Source of the DNA: the human T2T-CHM13v2.0 reference genome, Homo sapiens | Direction: 5' to 3' (one strand) | Assembly: GCF_009914755.1 (NCBI RefSeq) | Contig: NC_060930.1 | Length of the DNA: 64,000 nucleotides | In this document: piece after piece, positions 1-13,269 of the stretch | How the letters are laid out: every line of letters begins with the position of its first letter | How positions within the stretch are numbered: position 1 is the first letter of the stretch | Program-made: the position numbers and the translations under genes | Notes under the pieces: model-generated | The model's input: only the letters and a program-made list of their open reading frames with translations | Database searches by the model: none | What the model was told of the DNA's origin: nothing

Positions 1-1699
1 TTATGTGATTCTCGAGTTCGTGTGTAATTTCATGTTTTATTTGTTCTTCATGCACTGCTTCCGTGATGTGCACATTGTTATGCACCATTTCTGGGGAGTC
101 TCACCTTGGAGCGTGCTTAGAAAGCTGGCAGAAAACAGTATTCGGTCTGTGGGTTAGCCATGTGGAAATGACAGTGTAAAAACCAAATTGAATTCATAAG
201 CCAAGTCCTTCATTTCTTGCTCAAAATAGTAACTGCAATTCAAAATGGCATCATTTTGACATTTTTTAGTTTCCTTACATATGAGGTAGAGAATGCTCAA
301 AGTCAGCTAAATCATTAAATCTTTTCTGATTTCTATCCAAATTCTCTTTGGACTTAAAAAGAAAAAAATGTGACTACCTCAGGCTGAAAGTGAAGTGAAA
401 TGTACTTGTAAAACTAGAGCTTGGAGGCGTGGATGCTCCATTTCTCTCTTGGTCGTTGGTGATTCTATATGACTGTATCTTATAAATATATACATTTGTG
501 TCCATAAGTGTCCATGTATTTTAATATTGATTAGTTTCTCCACACCTACTCTTCTTTGCCTGTTAAACCTCTCCCAAGGAGGAATATTCCTGTCATGCAT
601 TATTGTAAGTAAATAACTGTGAAAGTTAAGATCATTTCTTACCCATATGTCACCTCTAACCTTTGTGTAAAATGTCTTTTACATTAGCATAAATATTAAG
701 AAGATGCCATTTCTGCTATATATAGGGCTGCCTTCAGCTAATCAGTTTTTCATGCATTTAAATAGAAATATTAGAATGATGGTAATTACTTTAGTTTTCC
801 ATGAATGATCCATCAAGACAGTGCCTTTTACTAGATGGTATTGCTCAGGGTTAGTAGGACCAAATTCGATTGTTAGCTGGGTGATCTTCAGTGTCTTGTG
901 ACTTTTAAAAAAAAAAAAAAATTCATTCTCAACTCTATTGTCTTTTCTAAGAGTAAATGCACAAATCGCTTTAAGAAGAATAATCTGTAGTGCATGGAGA
1001 CTGAGAGAAATTGTAATTCATTGTAAAATAAGTCCTGTTTATTAAATGCATGAAAAACAAAAGATTTTCAGGCAGGTGACAAAACCTCACACACACGCAC
1101 GCGCACACACAATGAATGTGAGAAAATTCATACTTTTTGAAAAAGTGCCTTTATCAAACAAGACTATATTACTTTCATGTATAAACTCAGGCTTTATAAG
1201 GTTGAATTTAAAACAACTTGAACTTCTGTGCATTGTTCACATATCCTTAAACAGTCTTTATCTGCTACAGTTAGATGTCGCTGATGAACAATATTTTAAA
1301 CAATTTCATATTAGTGTTGCCTGGTAGCTGATGGTTCTGCTTCAGTTGCATTTTGCTCTTTGTCTGCAGAGCAGTATTTGTTTGCACCAAGAAATCGAAA
1401 TAATTGCATGGTTTGCTTCATTGTTTTCTAAAAATTAGCAGAAAATTGGAGAAAATGATTGGTTTGATACTGCAAAAAGCGTAGTCTTTTAAACCCAGAT
1501 AAGGAAAGAAATCTTGACACGTGCTGAAAGTTGCAAATCTTTAGTTCAACAACAGAATTATTGAACTTGAGCAAGACAAATATGTATTTAACAAGAAAGA
1601 AAAGAACAAATATTGAAACATGATACTTTCATATTATAAAAAATCTTCCACAAAATTACATGTTTGTATATATTTATATATACATGTAAAGAAATATAT

Positions 1700-1870
1700 G
1701 TGCATTCTTATAAATGCATAGGATGGAAAATACCAGACTTATAGCAATGGTTACCTCTGGGAATGAGAGTGGAATTTGTAAAAAGAAGGTAGAGAGACTT
1801 TTGCTTTTTACTTCAGTATTGTCTGTGGTTTTGCAATATATATTTGTATATTATTTGGGTAATTTGAAAA
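1700..1870 (+). mobile_element. Old L1 (L1M/L1ME-type) 3'-end fragment
   Basis: 'gcaatggttacctctgggaatgagagtgg...gagagacttttgctttttacttc' resembles ancient L1ME 3' ends; heavily diverged. Confidence 0.5.
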
Positions 1871-2589
1871 TAGTAACAAGTAAATGACCAAAAAAAGTAT
1901 TAAAACTTAAGATATATCGGCAAAGTTTCCATCTAAAAAGTGATGTTTAATTAAAGACGTTAGAATCCTTTGTATAGATCAGAAAATAGAAGCTCCTTGT
2001 AACACTCCAGTCCATCTTTGGGACATTGGTCTTCCCCACATTTTCTCAGAAAAGCTTCATGCACAAAAACACTGGACTACCTGCACATGCTAAAATTGGA
2101 TCCTCCCACACCCCCATGATGTCTACTGGGCAAGCAGAGTGATTTCTTTGTTATCAGTCAGGTGACGCTACTGAGGCTCAAGAAGGTTTAGAAGGAATTT
2201 GCCCAAGTTCATATGTCGTAGAACTGAACATGAACCCATGAGGGGATCTTTGGATACAGGTCCAATGTGCCTCACTGATGGAAAGGCCCTTGTCTTCCTG
2301 AAGCTCAAAGACATTCCAACGTCCTTTCATCTCCCAAAATATTTTCACTCTACCAAGGAACAAACTGCATTAGAGTATCCATCTGCCTTTTTATGATTAT
2401 CAACCACCAATATTTGTTGTCTAGTAGTCTGAGGCATATTAGTGTAGCAGGAAAAATAATGCTGGAGTGAAAAGGGAAGAACAGCATAGGTCTATTAGCC
2501 AACCTGAGAAAATGCCTTACCATACCTTTCACAAATCCTAAATGACCCTGTAAATGTAACTATTGGGCTTTTTGTTTCTAGAATCCTAG

Positions 2590-2755
2590 AAAGATCATGG
2601 TCTTTGGAGTCAGATAGACCTGGATTCAAATTCTACCTCCGCTGCTTAAAACTCTAGAACTAGTTCCTTAGCCCCAGCCTCAGTTCTGTAGAAACCTGTT
2701 TTTTGGCTCATACCTAACAGAATTGTTGTAAAAATTAAAGTAACAATGCACATCA
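2590..2755 (+). mobile_element. MIR SINE
   Basis: 'tttggagtcagatagacctggattcaaattct...cctcagtt...gttgtaaaaattaaa' MIR core. Confidence 0.75.
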
Positions 2756-2756
2756 A

Positions 2757-3031
2757 GGCCAGGTATGGTGGCTCAAGCCTGTAATCCCAACACTTTGGGA
2801 GGCCAAGGTGGGCAGATTTGCTTAAGCTCGGGAGTATGAGACCAGCCTGGGAAACATGGCGAAACCTCATCTCTACAAAAAAAAAAAAAATACAAAAATT
2901 AGCCGGGTGTGGTTGCACATGCCTGTACTCCCAGCTACTTGAGAGGCTGAGGAGGGAGGATTGCCTGAGCACTGAAGGTTGGGGCTGCAGTGAGCTGAGA
3001 TCGCACCACTGCAGTGCAGCCTGGATGACAG
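2757..3031 (+). mobile_element. Alu (AluJ-type), lacking poly(A) tail
   Basis: GGCCAGGTATGGTGGCTCA start, A-rich middle linker, right arm ending at cctggatgacag; high divergence. Confidence 0.93.
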
Positions 3032-3898
3032 CTGCTGGCACAGGCTGGTTTCCACTACAATGTTAGGCCACTGTTCCTTCCCTTTCTTGCTTATCTGTAT
3101 ATTTTTTGCCTCATTTCTTCTCCTATCTTGCTTCTATTCCTGCTCTTTTACAAAAAGTTGTTTTTGTTTTTCAAGTATGTTATGCAGAGCTTAAATCTGT
3201 AGACAAACTGTATTATACTTTACATTGCTATAATGGTTTGAATATTAACAAAGTGCTTCCACATACACTAATGGTATTTGCTCTTCTAAAATATGTTATT
3301 AACCATCAATGCTTGGTGTCAACTTTCTCCTTGATCAGCCAGTTTCTCCTATGTCATTGAAATCTAGAATATTAACTGTTGGAGAATACAAATTTAGTGT
3401 CCACATAAAGCTCAAGAGACTGTGTTTGATGTGCTCCCATGTTTTATGCCATCAGCATATAATAGCAACACTTTGAAAAAAGTTTAAGTAGATATTGGCT
3501 TTTGTTGCCAGTACCAAGATTTATTGGTTCAAGAGTTATTGATCATGGGCAAATCTTGGCCATTATTATGCCTTGAGGACAAATAAATCTTTATCAGCTG
3601 AACATGAATGAATATAATTATGCTTCACTTATGCACATCTTTTTCCTAACCATATTGGGTTTTCAGCCAAATCATGAAATATGAGAGAAACTACTTAGGG
3701 AGGGAGTTGTAAGGAATTATGCCAAGAACGTTCGTGTTTCGCAGCAGTGCCAATGCCAGCTCTTGCTGACAGAATTGAGGTAATCTAAGCAAAATGGAGA
3801 AATTAATTTTTAAAGATACTAACTCAGATATACAAAAACATCGTAGAAGAGAATAAAAAACTTTTAGAACTAGAAACAATATCATATCATATGATATG

Positions 3899-4246
3899 CA
3901 TACTAGTCCATTCTCACATTGCTATAAAGAACTACCTGAGACGGGGTAATTTATGAAGAAAAGAGGCTTAATTGTCTCACAATTCCACAGGCTATACAGG
4001 AAGCATGACTGGGGAAGCCTCAGGAAACACAATCATGGCCAAAGGGGAAGGAGGCACGTCTTCCATGGCCAGAGAAGGAGGAAAAGAAAGCAAATGAGGA
4101 GGTGCTACACACTTCTATAAATGACCAGATCTCATAAGAACATCTGCCTCCATGATCCAATCACCTCCCGCAAGACCCCTCTTCCAACATTGGGGATTAT
4201 AATTCAACATGAGGTTTGGGTGGGGACACAGATCCAAGCCATATTG
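3899..4246 (-). mobile_element. MaLR solo LTR (MST family)
   Basis: 'tagtccattctcacattgctataaagaactacctgagac...gtttgggtggggacacagatccaagccatat' is the reverse of an MST LTR. Confidence 0.88.
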
Positions 4247-5203
4247 ATATGTTAGAACAGGTAGCTGAGCAAGGTCTCAGAAAGGAAAGGCAGAAAAGTT
4301 GTATAAAAGCCAGGAAATTTGAATTATTTTAAATCTTACTCAGTGATTCTAATTTGCAGCCTTCAGAGAATGACTTACCCCTTTATTAGAGGCAAAAAAA
4401 AATGTTTCAAAGTTTCCTTCTATTAGCATAGAATAATTTTATGTCACTTTTGTTTAAAGCAACCATATCACCTTTGATGAAAACCTTCAGCTCTTCATTA
4501 TATGACCTTTGGCCAAGATAGGTAGTAGGTCTTTGCTTATCACCTACTGTAAATCTGCTCTCAGTGCTAGATATTTTCCTGTTGAGTTTCAGCTTGATTT
4601 TGGTCTGGCATTTAAGCCACTAAATCCTTTTGTGTTTTGATTCTGTCATGCTTTTCGTTACTGCTTTGTTTCATTTGTCATTTAATCAGCTGCCTTCTCT
4701 ATCTCAATGCCAAGTACTGATAGAAGTTGGCAAGGATGTGCCAGAGAGTCTTAGGGTACCCCCAGACCCATGCTTTTTTACATAACTGCTTAAAACCTGA
4801 TGCTTCCAGCCTGTCTCTCCATCTTACATGCATGTTCTAATTTTAGGCTTTATAAAATGCAATGCTGACATTAAAAAAATTTTTTGAATAGGTTCAAGGT
4901 GATTTCTAGTGAGCACCAAGCTGCCTGTCAAAACACAACCAACATTAATTACATGGTAGTGTGATTAATATCAGGAATACAACTCTAAATTTTTAGATAC
5001 AGGAAATCTTTAGTCTTTTTTCTGTTGTCCCCAAGTCAAGTTCAAACTGACATTGTTGTTAGTGCCTTTTTGATCTCAGGTTGACCTGACAGATAATTTT
5101 AAAAATAACCAAGTTTGCTGTGCCAGGATAAAAAATGGAGATTGGAAGAGCTACGTGTTGTGGACGTCTATCTTTTATAATGTTTTTGCCCATGATCTAA
5201 GCA

Positions 5204-5550
5204 GAGGTGCTATGCTTTGATTTCTAAACATCGCAGAAAGAATATTTTTACTGAAAAAAAAATGTAAGGAAGCATCAGTTTATTTTTCTCCCTTGGTTTT
5301 TCTTTTCTTTTCTGAATTTCTAGAATTGGAAATTACACCTAATGAGATGATCATAACCTAACTATGATTGGCTTCAAATTATATATACGTAGTATTGGTT
5401 ATGATCATCTCATTAGGTGTAATCTCCAGTTCTAGGAATTCAGAAAAGTAAAGAAAAACCAAGAGAGAAAAATAAACTACATGCTTCCTTAAAAATTTTT
5501 TAGTAAAAATATTCTTTCTGTGATGTTGAGAAATCAAAGCATAGCACCTC
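5204..5550. repeat. Long imperfect inverted repeat; arms ~155 bp (5204-5358 / 5397-5550), ~38-nt spacer
   Basis: Manual reverse-complement alignment: about 90% identity, including perfect 22-bp (gaggtgctatgctttgatttct) and 27-bp (attacacctaatgagatgatcataacc) blocks. Confidence 0.97.
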
Positions 5551-5949
5551 AAATGTGGATGGTGACCGTCACAGGAACACAGCCCTTAGCAGTGGGTTGC
5601 TGTTTGATTTCCCAAAGAATACACAATCTCTAATGCTATAGAGAGGCACCAACCATACTTCACTGTTCCTCAAATGCTGCATCTGGCCTTTGCCACGTGG
5701 CTTCATGAACTGGTGCATTGGGTTGACCGGCAGCCAAGAACGGTTCTGTGAAGAGTCCAAGGCATTTTAGGAGGATGGCTTTACTACTGGAGTGGTTGGC
5801 ATCATCAGGACAAAATCCACAGCCAAGGTTTACAGCCATATATGACAATCTGTCCTTCACTCTTCTTTACCTTGTGCATTGCTTTATGATTGACAAAGTG
5901 TTTTTGTACTCTAGTGAGTTTACTTCTCTCAGACACTTTTTAATATAAG

Positions 5950-6070
5950 TCATCGTCCCTCTTTATAGAGGTCACCAAGGCTCAGAGAGGGCTAGTAACT
6001 TGCTCCAGGAGTCCTACTTCTCATGGCAGTGCTGGGGGGGTAACCCTGGGCTATTGACTGAAGTTTCCAG
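5950..6070 (-). mobile_element. MIR fragment
   Basis: 'aaggctcagagagggctagtaacttgctccaggagtc' reverse MIR core. Confidence 0.6.
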
Positions 6071-6579
6071 TTATCTTGTCCCTAGAATGCAGCTCCCTAT
6101 GTTTCTGCATAAAGTTGTTCTCTATTTAATCTCCAAATATTTCTGTATACACCAAAGTCATTAAGACATTCTGCACCCATCTATCTTCCTACTTTTAGGC
6201 CCTTCTGGGAGAGAATTTTTATTGCAAGCATAACACACACAGTGGCCATTTGATACGTCTTCATGATGATCATATAAAATCCTTGCAGGAGGTCTTGTTG
6301 ACATTTTTTAAACTTTCTCTTTAGTCATGTTGTGGTATGTTTATCCACCTCCCAGTTTTAATAATCTCATACTAGGACATTACTATGCTGGGAAAGAATG
6401 TTTGCCTAGTGGTAGGGTAAGAATCCACCAGACCAGAGATTAGATTTGAGGTGTAAGCCTAAATCTACTGTCAATTTGTGTTTCCTTTTGTGCACCCTTC
6501 CAGGTGAGAGAGAGTGGGGAAGAGGGTCAGAGGGACATCCAGGGAACTCCTGGGACTCCAAGAAGCATGGTTCCTATTA

Positions 6580-6740
6580 TAGAGGGAGCATTGGTATATG
6601 AGTCAGAAGACTACTTCCAGATGTGTTTTGTTAATACTATACTAGGGGACCTTGATGAGATCATTCATTCACTCTCTAAATGTCCATTCTTTCTTCTAAA
6701 AAAGAAGGATTCAGGTTACTGACTGTATGTGAAAGCATCC
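6580..6740 (+). mobile_element. MIR fragment
   Basis: 'gagcattggtatatgagtcagaagac...gaccttgatgagatcattcattcactctct' degenerate MIR. Confidence 0.5.
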
Positions 6741-8224
6741 CACAAAACACTATAGAAATTTAAGATAAAATTGCCAAAGTATACAAATTTTACAAAAACC
6801 ATAATAATGTATTTATTTTGCAAATGCTGAATCAGCCTCTTAAAATATCCCCCATGAGAACATATTTTAACACAGATTTGCATCATTCCCTTTGATTACT
6901 ATTCTCATTCTCAAACAGTGAAAATAGAGAAACATGGCACCATACACAACATTCACAGATCTTAGGTAGACATAATAACAAGAGCTGAGCATTTTTTGTT
7001 CAACTCTACCCAACTCCTTTTCTCTCTAACTTGATTATGAGCTTGGGTTTCATCGGTAAGCACAGCTCATGCAAGAATGTAATTTCAACATCAAGTTATC
7101 AGCTGTCCACTATGCAGCCCCAGAAGTTAGTTCAAGTGTCCAGGACTTCCTTCACTTTTGTTCACATTCAAGCAATTGAATTTACACTTCCTGTGCAAAA
7201 TTCAGAGACAGTGGAATAAAAGCAATGACTTAAATAGGTTTTTGAGGCAGAAAGTTGAAACATGTCTCTCTTTAAGAAGCAAGCAAGTGCTGTCAACTCA
7301 CTTTAGCATAGAACAGGAGTCATCGCTATGAAAAGACTGCACACATCACAGGAACATATTACTCGGATGGGGGACAGAGCAAACCAGTGATGATGGGCAC
7401 TGATAAGATCATGTTGCCACTGCTTTATAAACAAAAGCTCTTCAACAAAACCAATGTCAGCAAAAGGTTCACTTATTCTTGCTTTACTGAGCATGAAATG
7501 GGATTGAAAGATGGTATTAAATGGATTATTAAACTGAAGAAATGATGTCTTGTGATCTTTCACACCAAAGCCCCCACTTGAGACATGCATCATCTCAGTG
7601 AAAAACTCTCCAAAGACTCGGGTCATTTATATGGAACCTGAGCCTTTTAGATATTAGACTGAAAGTTTTGCTTTCCATTTTCATGCTGGAATTGATATAC
7701 CTTAGGGAAGATTATTGTTGTTCTTCGGTTATTTTATTCGTATGTTAACATGTAGAAAAGAAATGTTTGCGAGAATTAGTAAATTTAAAGAACAGAACCT
7801 CTTAATTTTCCATGTACCAAGAAAAAAAAAGAATTTATTTTAAAATATACAAACTACTTTTTAAATTTCTAGCATTTTCTCTGCTAATTATTTTTTTAAT
7901 TTCTACTGGTTCCAGATTAAAACATAAATAATGTGTTTAAAACATTTCTTTGTTTGGGCTTCTGAAGACAAAGTTACACAACAAAGTCTCATTTATTAAA
8001 AATCCAAAAAACTAAAAGGATAAAATAATCATTATTTCTCCTTCTTAGACAGTGAAACTTGGCATTCTTATATAATTAGGATCCAAGGCACAGAACAAGG
8101 TTAAGAGCAAATATATGCTTCACTGTACTGTTTCTGAGAGTTGTAATATTTTAATATGACAACACAGCTGAACAAAGTCATTAACCTCAATATGATTTTC
8201 CCAGTCTTCAAAAGGACTCCGAGT

Positions 8225-11185
8225 TTTGTTTTTGGCAATATAATAGATTATCATAGACTATACACTTTGAATAGATCCTCCCTCTAAAAAGAACTGAAAA
8301 TTATGGACTTCTGACAACTTTAAATGCTTATATGAGATGGTAAAAATGTTAAAAATTCAGAGACCAAAAACATCTGGAAGTAGAAACCAGAGGTGTGGGC
8401 TGACTACTGAAACTAACATTTAATCTGAGGGCATTTGCTTAAGTTGATATTGAGCTTTCTGGTCTCAAGGAGACCTCAATAGGAGTTAACAAATTAAGGG
8501 ATCTCTCCCAGGATGGTGAGCCTCATAGGAATGCCTACTAGCATAAAGTTAAACTGGAAACAACCCAAATCTTCAACATTCATCTTTATCTTAAGGTAAT
8601 CGAAGAAAATCACCTAGCAAGTTCAGATGGAAAATTGGCACTGACAGAAAAATATTTCCCCTTAAATTCTATAACAACGTCAGGTATCAAACCAAATTCA
8701 CACTCAAAAATTTCAAGTTGAGAATGCCCTTTATGTAAACCCAGGTTAAAGATTTTATCAGTAAATTCACAGAGGCAAATGCAAATCCTCTGCAGAAACT
8801 CACCTGCTGTCCAGGCCTCAAAGAAATGTCATGGATACAAGTGTAATGACATACACTGAAATAATGAGCTTCTAGTGGAAAACACTAAACACATAAGCAA
8901 ACAAAGTTCTATACACAAGATTTTGATACCGGGATCATCAGAAACAATGTAAAATGAGTATGTTTCAAGAAATAAAAATATGAACTTAAAAATATGTCAG
9001 AAAAAAAGAGACTTTGTTTAAATGACCAAGGAGATTTGAAAGCAAGAAAATTGAACTTCTAGATATAAAAAAAAAAATAAAACCTAAATCAACAAAGGAT
9101 TAGATACAGCTGAAGAGAGAACTGAAAAGCTGAAAAATAGATTAAAAGAAAATTTTCAGATTACAGAGAGGTGAGAATATAGAAAATACAAAGAAAAAGT
9201 TGAGAGACGTGTAGGATAGTATAAGAAGGACTAACATTCATATAATCAGAGTGCAAGGGAGAGAAAATGTAAAGAATGGAGAAGATATTAATCCTTAGAA
9301 TCAGTAAGTTCTGCAAATCCACATCAAAATAAATACAAAGAAATCCACACTAAGAAGGGTCACAGTGAAGCTGAAAAACACCAAAGATAAAGAGATTTAC
9401 AGACAGGGAGAAAAACAACTATTATGACAAAGGAATGGCAGTTATACTGATAGCTGATCTCTGAATAGAAACAAGGGAACCCAGACAAAGCAGAATAATA
9501 TCTAGCATGTGCTGAAAGAGAATAAGCCAATCAACAGTTGTCTACTCCATGAAAATACTTCCAGCTAGAAGTGAAAATGAAGATATTTTTGGACAAACAA
9601 GAGCTGAGAGAGATTTTCACCTATTTATTATCACTAAAGAAATTAGAAGGATGCATTTCAGAAAGAGGAAGTTGATTACAAATGGAAGGCCTGGGATGCA
9701 AGAAGGAATAATGAGCAAGGAAGGTGGTAAACCTTTTTAAAATGACTATATAAAACAAACAGTCATCTCTTATGTGGTAAGAGTAGACTAAAGATAGGCT
9801 AAAATACACAATAATGACATATAAATCGAAAACAGTGCAACCAGAGAAAGTGGAAGGTCTTGTATTAATTGAGGGATAGAAAATATATTTATTATATTTG
9901 AATAATCAGTTAAGTGTGCATGTAAAAAATGCCTAGGATAACCATTGAAAGAATAAAGAGTGATAAAGAAAATAGTCAACAGACCAAGTTTGCACAACTG
10001 CCAAACTAATTGAAGGAAAAAAAATAGAATGAGAAAAATAATCTTTAGAAAAGGGAAAGAAATGAAAGCAATAAACAAATGGAAAGGAAAATAGACAAAA
10101 ATAAGGTGATAGAAATAAATGGAAATATATCAATTAATTTTAAAAACTGTAACTCAATTAAATTTTCAGTTACAAGACAAGGGTTGTCAGACTGTATATC
10201 AGTACTGTTTAGAAGAGACAACAAAAGCATAGGGAATCAAAATAGTTACAAGTCAATAGATGGGAAAAATGAAGCAGAAATATACTGACCAAAATAAAAT
10301 CGATGTAGCTATATTAACATGAGATTAATCTATCTTTAAGACAAAATACATTTCTAGAGATTAAAATGTTCACTACAGCATGGTGGAAGATTTAATTGAC
10401 ATACCCCTATTCATAACTGATAGATCAAACAGACAAAAAAATCAAGCTATAGATTTAGAAACAATAAGTTAATCTAATAAGTTATATAGAATATTCTAAA
10501 ATTAATACTATTAGCAAACTTACGGCATGTTGATTAAGAAAAATGACAAAGAAATGAAGCATTATAAAATTGAGAATGAAAAGGAAATTATATCAAACTG
10601 TAAAATTTTTAAAATAATAATGAGTATATTAAGACTTTTGCATCAATACATTAGAAAAGTAAGCAAAGCAGACAATACACCATACCCCTCCACCAAATAA
10701 TTTACCAAATTTGAATCAAGGAGATAGAAAAACTGATCATTTCTATAATTAGTAAAGAATGGGAGTAATTAAAAGTCTCCAAGAAAGAAAATTCTAACTC
10801 AAATGGTTTCAAGAGGAAATTCTACCATTAAAGAAATAATTTCAATCATAAACAATATATAAAAAGAAGTGTATTCCTCAGCTATTTTATGAAGCTATGA
10901 TAACCTTGTTATCAAAATTCTGACAAAAATGGCTGCGAGAAGGGAATAGTTATAAACTCATCTCTTTCACATGTATAGACACAAAAACCCAAACAAAGTA
11001 TTAACAATCTCAATCCAGCAATGCATAAAAAAGATAGTACTTAATGATAAGACTGTTTTGTCCTAGTCAAACAAGGTTTGTTTCACATTACAATGTCTAT
11101 TAATACAATTCACTACATTAATGATTTAAAATGATAATACAATTAAAAATTATATCATCAGTTCAATAGACTTAGAAAAAGCCAT
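8225..11185 (+). mobile_element. Ancient L1 (L1M/L1ME-type) 5' region with ORF1 and partial ORF2 remnants
   Basis: A-rich + strand; ORF1-like 'aaatccacactaag...gtgaagctgaaaaacaccaaagataaagag' and ORF2-like 'ttatgaagctatgataacctt', 'aatccagcaatgcataaaaaagata'; no intact ORF. Confidence 0.75.
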
Positions 11186-11696
11186 GTATAGTTTCTAGGA
11201 ATCTAAGCAAAACATAAAATTTTCTTTAAGACAAAATTGTAAATCCCACTATTACCTGTTTAACTTAAACTATTACTTGTTTAACTTTTTAAACCTCCTT
11301 CATACTTAAGAATGAGATATAAAGCATCTTAGATGAAAAACTTAGAGATACAGTAGAACCATTAGGACTAAGAGGCTCTGCCTACACCTGGTAGACCCAA
11401 CCTCAGGTACTTTTAGTGACTGCTAAGGATCTTATGATTTCATTTGTTTGTAGAAGTGAGTTGAGAATTTAAGGAAATGAAAATATGCTTTTCTACTTTA
11501 AAAATATTCTTTCTCCCCATATTTATTTAGCTTAAAACAGTTACAAAATTTCTTTAAAAGCCAATTATTTTAAAATTAGCAAAACTGGTAAAATGTGCTG
11601 TGTTACTTTTTAAAAATAAATTCAAGAGGATTACACACATCATCAACAGTGCCTTTATAAAATGACAGGCAGGTCCTAGGAAACAGTTTTCAGTAC

Positions 11697-12281
11697 TGTG
11701 ATGGTTAACATTAGGTGTCAACTTGATTGGATTGAAGGATGCCTAGATGGCTGGTGAAGTATTGTTCCTAGGTGTGTCTGTGAGGGTGTTACTGGAAGAG
11801 ACTGACATTTGAGTTGGTGGACTGGGAGAGGAAGACCCACCCTCAATGTGAATGGGCACCATACCTTGGGTTGCCAACCAGGCTAGAACAAAGCATGCAG
11901 AAGAAGATGGGATAACTTTGCTTAATGAATCTTCTGGCTTCCTTCTTTTTCCCGTGCTGGATGCTTCCTCCCACTCCTCTGGCCCTTGGACATCAGACTC
12001 CAGGTTCTTCAGCCTTTGGACTCTTGGACTTACACCAATGGTTTCCCAGGGTCTCTGGGGCATTCGGCCACAGACTGAAGGCTGCCCTGTCAGCCTCCCT
12101 GGTTTTGAGGCTCTCAGACGCGGAATGAGCTACTACTGGCTTCTCTCTTCCCCAGCTTGCAGATGGCCTATCATGGGACTTCGCCTTGTGATCATGTGAA
12201 CCAATTCTCCCTAATAAACTCCCTTTCATGTATGCATATATCCTATTAGTTCTGTCCCTCTGGAAAACCTTGACTAATACA
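11697..12281 (+). mobile_element. ERVL solo LTR MLT2 (MLT2A2-like), complete
   Basis: TG...CA termini (tgtgatggttaa...gactaataca), AATAAA near 12213, 5-bp TSD AGTAC at 11692-11696 and 12282-12286. Confidence 0.92.
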
Positions 12282-12911
12282 AGTACCATTAAGGAAGACA
12301 TCTAATTTAAATTTACAATATTCTACATTGGAAAATATTTGAAACAGACCAACAAGGGGGAGGAGAGTACCTATGAGTAGGCAGTTGGCTGTTTCGAGAT
12401 TAAGAAAGATGCCGACAGTTTCAGTTATTTTTTTTGTACACAAATGGAGAGTTTAAAATAGAGCCAGGTTTTTAAATTTCCCAACAGGAAGCAAGTAATG
12501 CAAGTCAAACTACAACTGGAAATCACTTTCTCAAAAAGCAAAAACACAGGTATATGACAATATGTTTCTTCTCAAGTCTCAAATTTACATGCAGTGATTG
12601 AGAAGAGAGAAGATAATGCTAAGTGAATGGCATTATCATCAGTTCATTTTGCATTTGTACCTTTGTGGTAACTATGACTGGTCCATTAAGTATTTCTGAA
12701 GCAGACTAGCAGTTTGCCTGAAAGAAGGTCAGGGATGAAAGTGATGATGTCCTCTTTTAAAGAAAGATGGATAAACTACTTTTCTTGAAAAAACCCTTTT
12801 TCCTTTAATTCATGAAGATTCCTGTCCTGAATGTCCAATTATTCTATCAAGTACAAGATCTTTCAGATTCGTCAGTTGGAGAGAAACTTGAGTCGCTTAA
12901 GTCTGGATTTT

Positions 12912-13079
12912 TATTCTTTATTTCTTTATTTTAAGAGACAAAGTCTCCTCTGTCTTCTAGGCTAGAGTGCAGTGGCACCATTATAGCTCACAGCAGCCTT
13001 GAACTCCTGGGCTCAAGGGACTCTCCCACCTCACCCTCCTGAGTAGCTGGGACTACAGGCATGTGCCACTGCACCCAGT
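12912..13079 (-). mobile_element. Alu right-arm monomer (FRAM or 5'-truncated AluJ)
   Basis: Single Alu arm with T-rich tail, TSD TCTGGATTTT at 12902-12911 and 13084-13093. Confidence 0.88.
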
Positions 13080-13269
13080 GGTTTCTGGATTTTGATGAAC
13101 TACTTCTTAAATTGCAATCATAGAAGTAACTAATAAAAGACTTCTTAGGGAGAATTTAGTCTTAAAAGGAAGAATAACCTTTACCCTTTAAGATAAACTT
13201 TACCCTTCATGAGTAAAATGAATTTTATATCATTGGAAAAAGGAATTATGTACAATAATGCTCAGCTTC

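Noticed and set aside
7303-7626. 107-aa ORF in unique sequence
   Set aside because: No recognisable domain or splice context; length is within chance expectation
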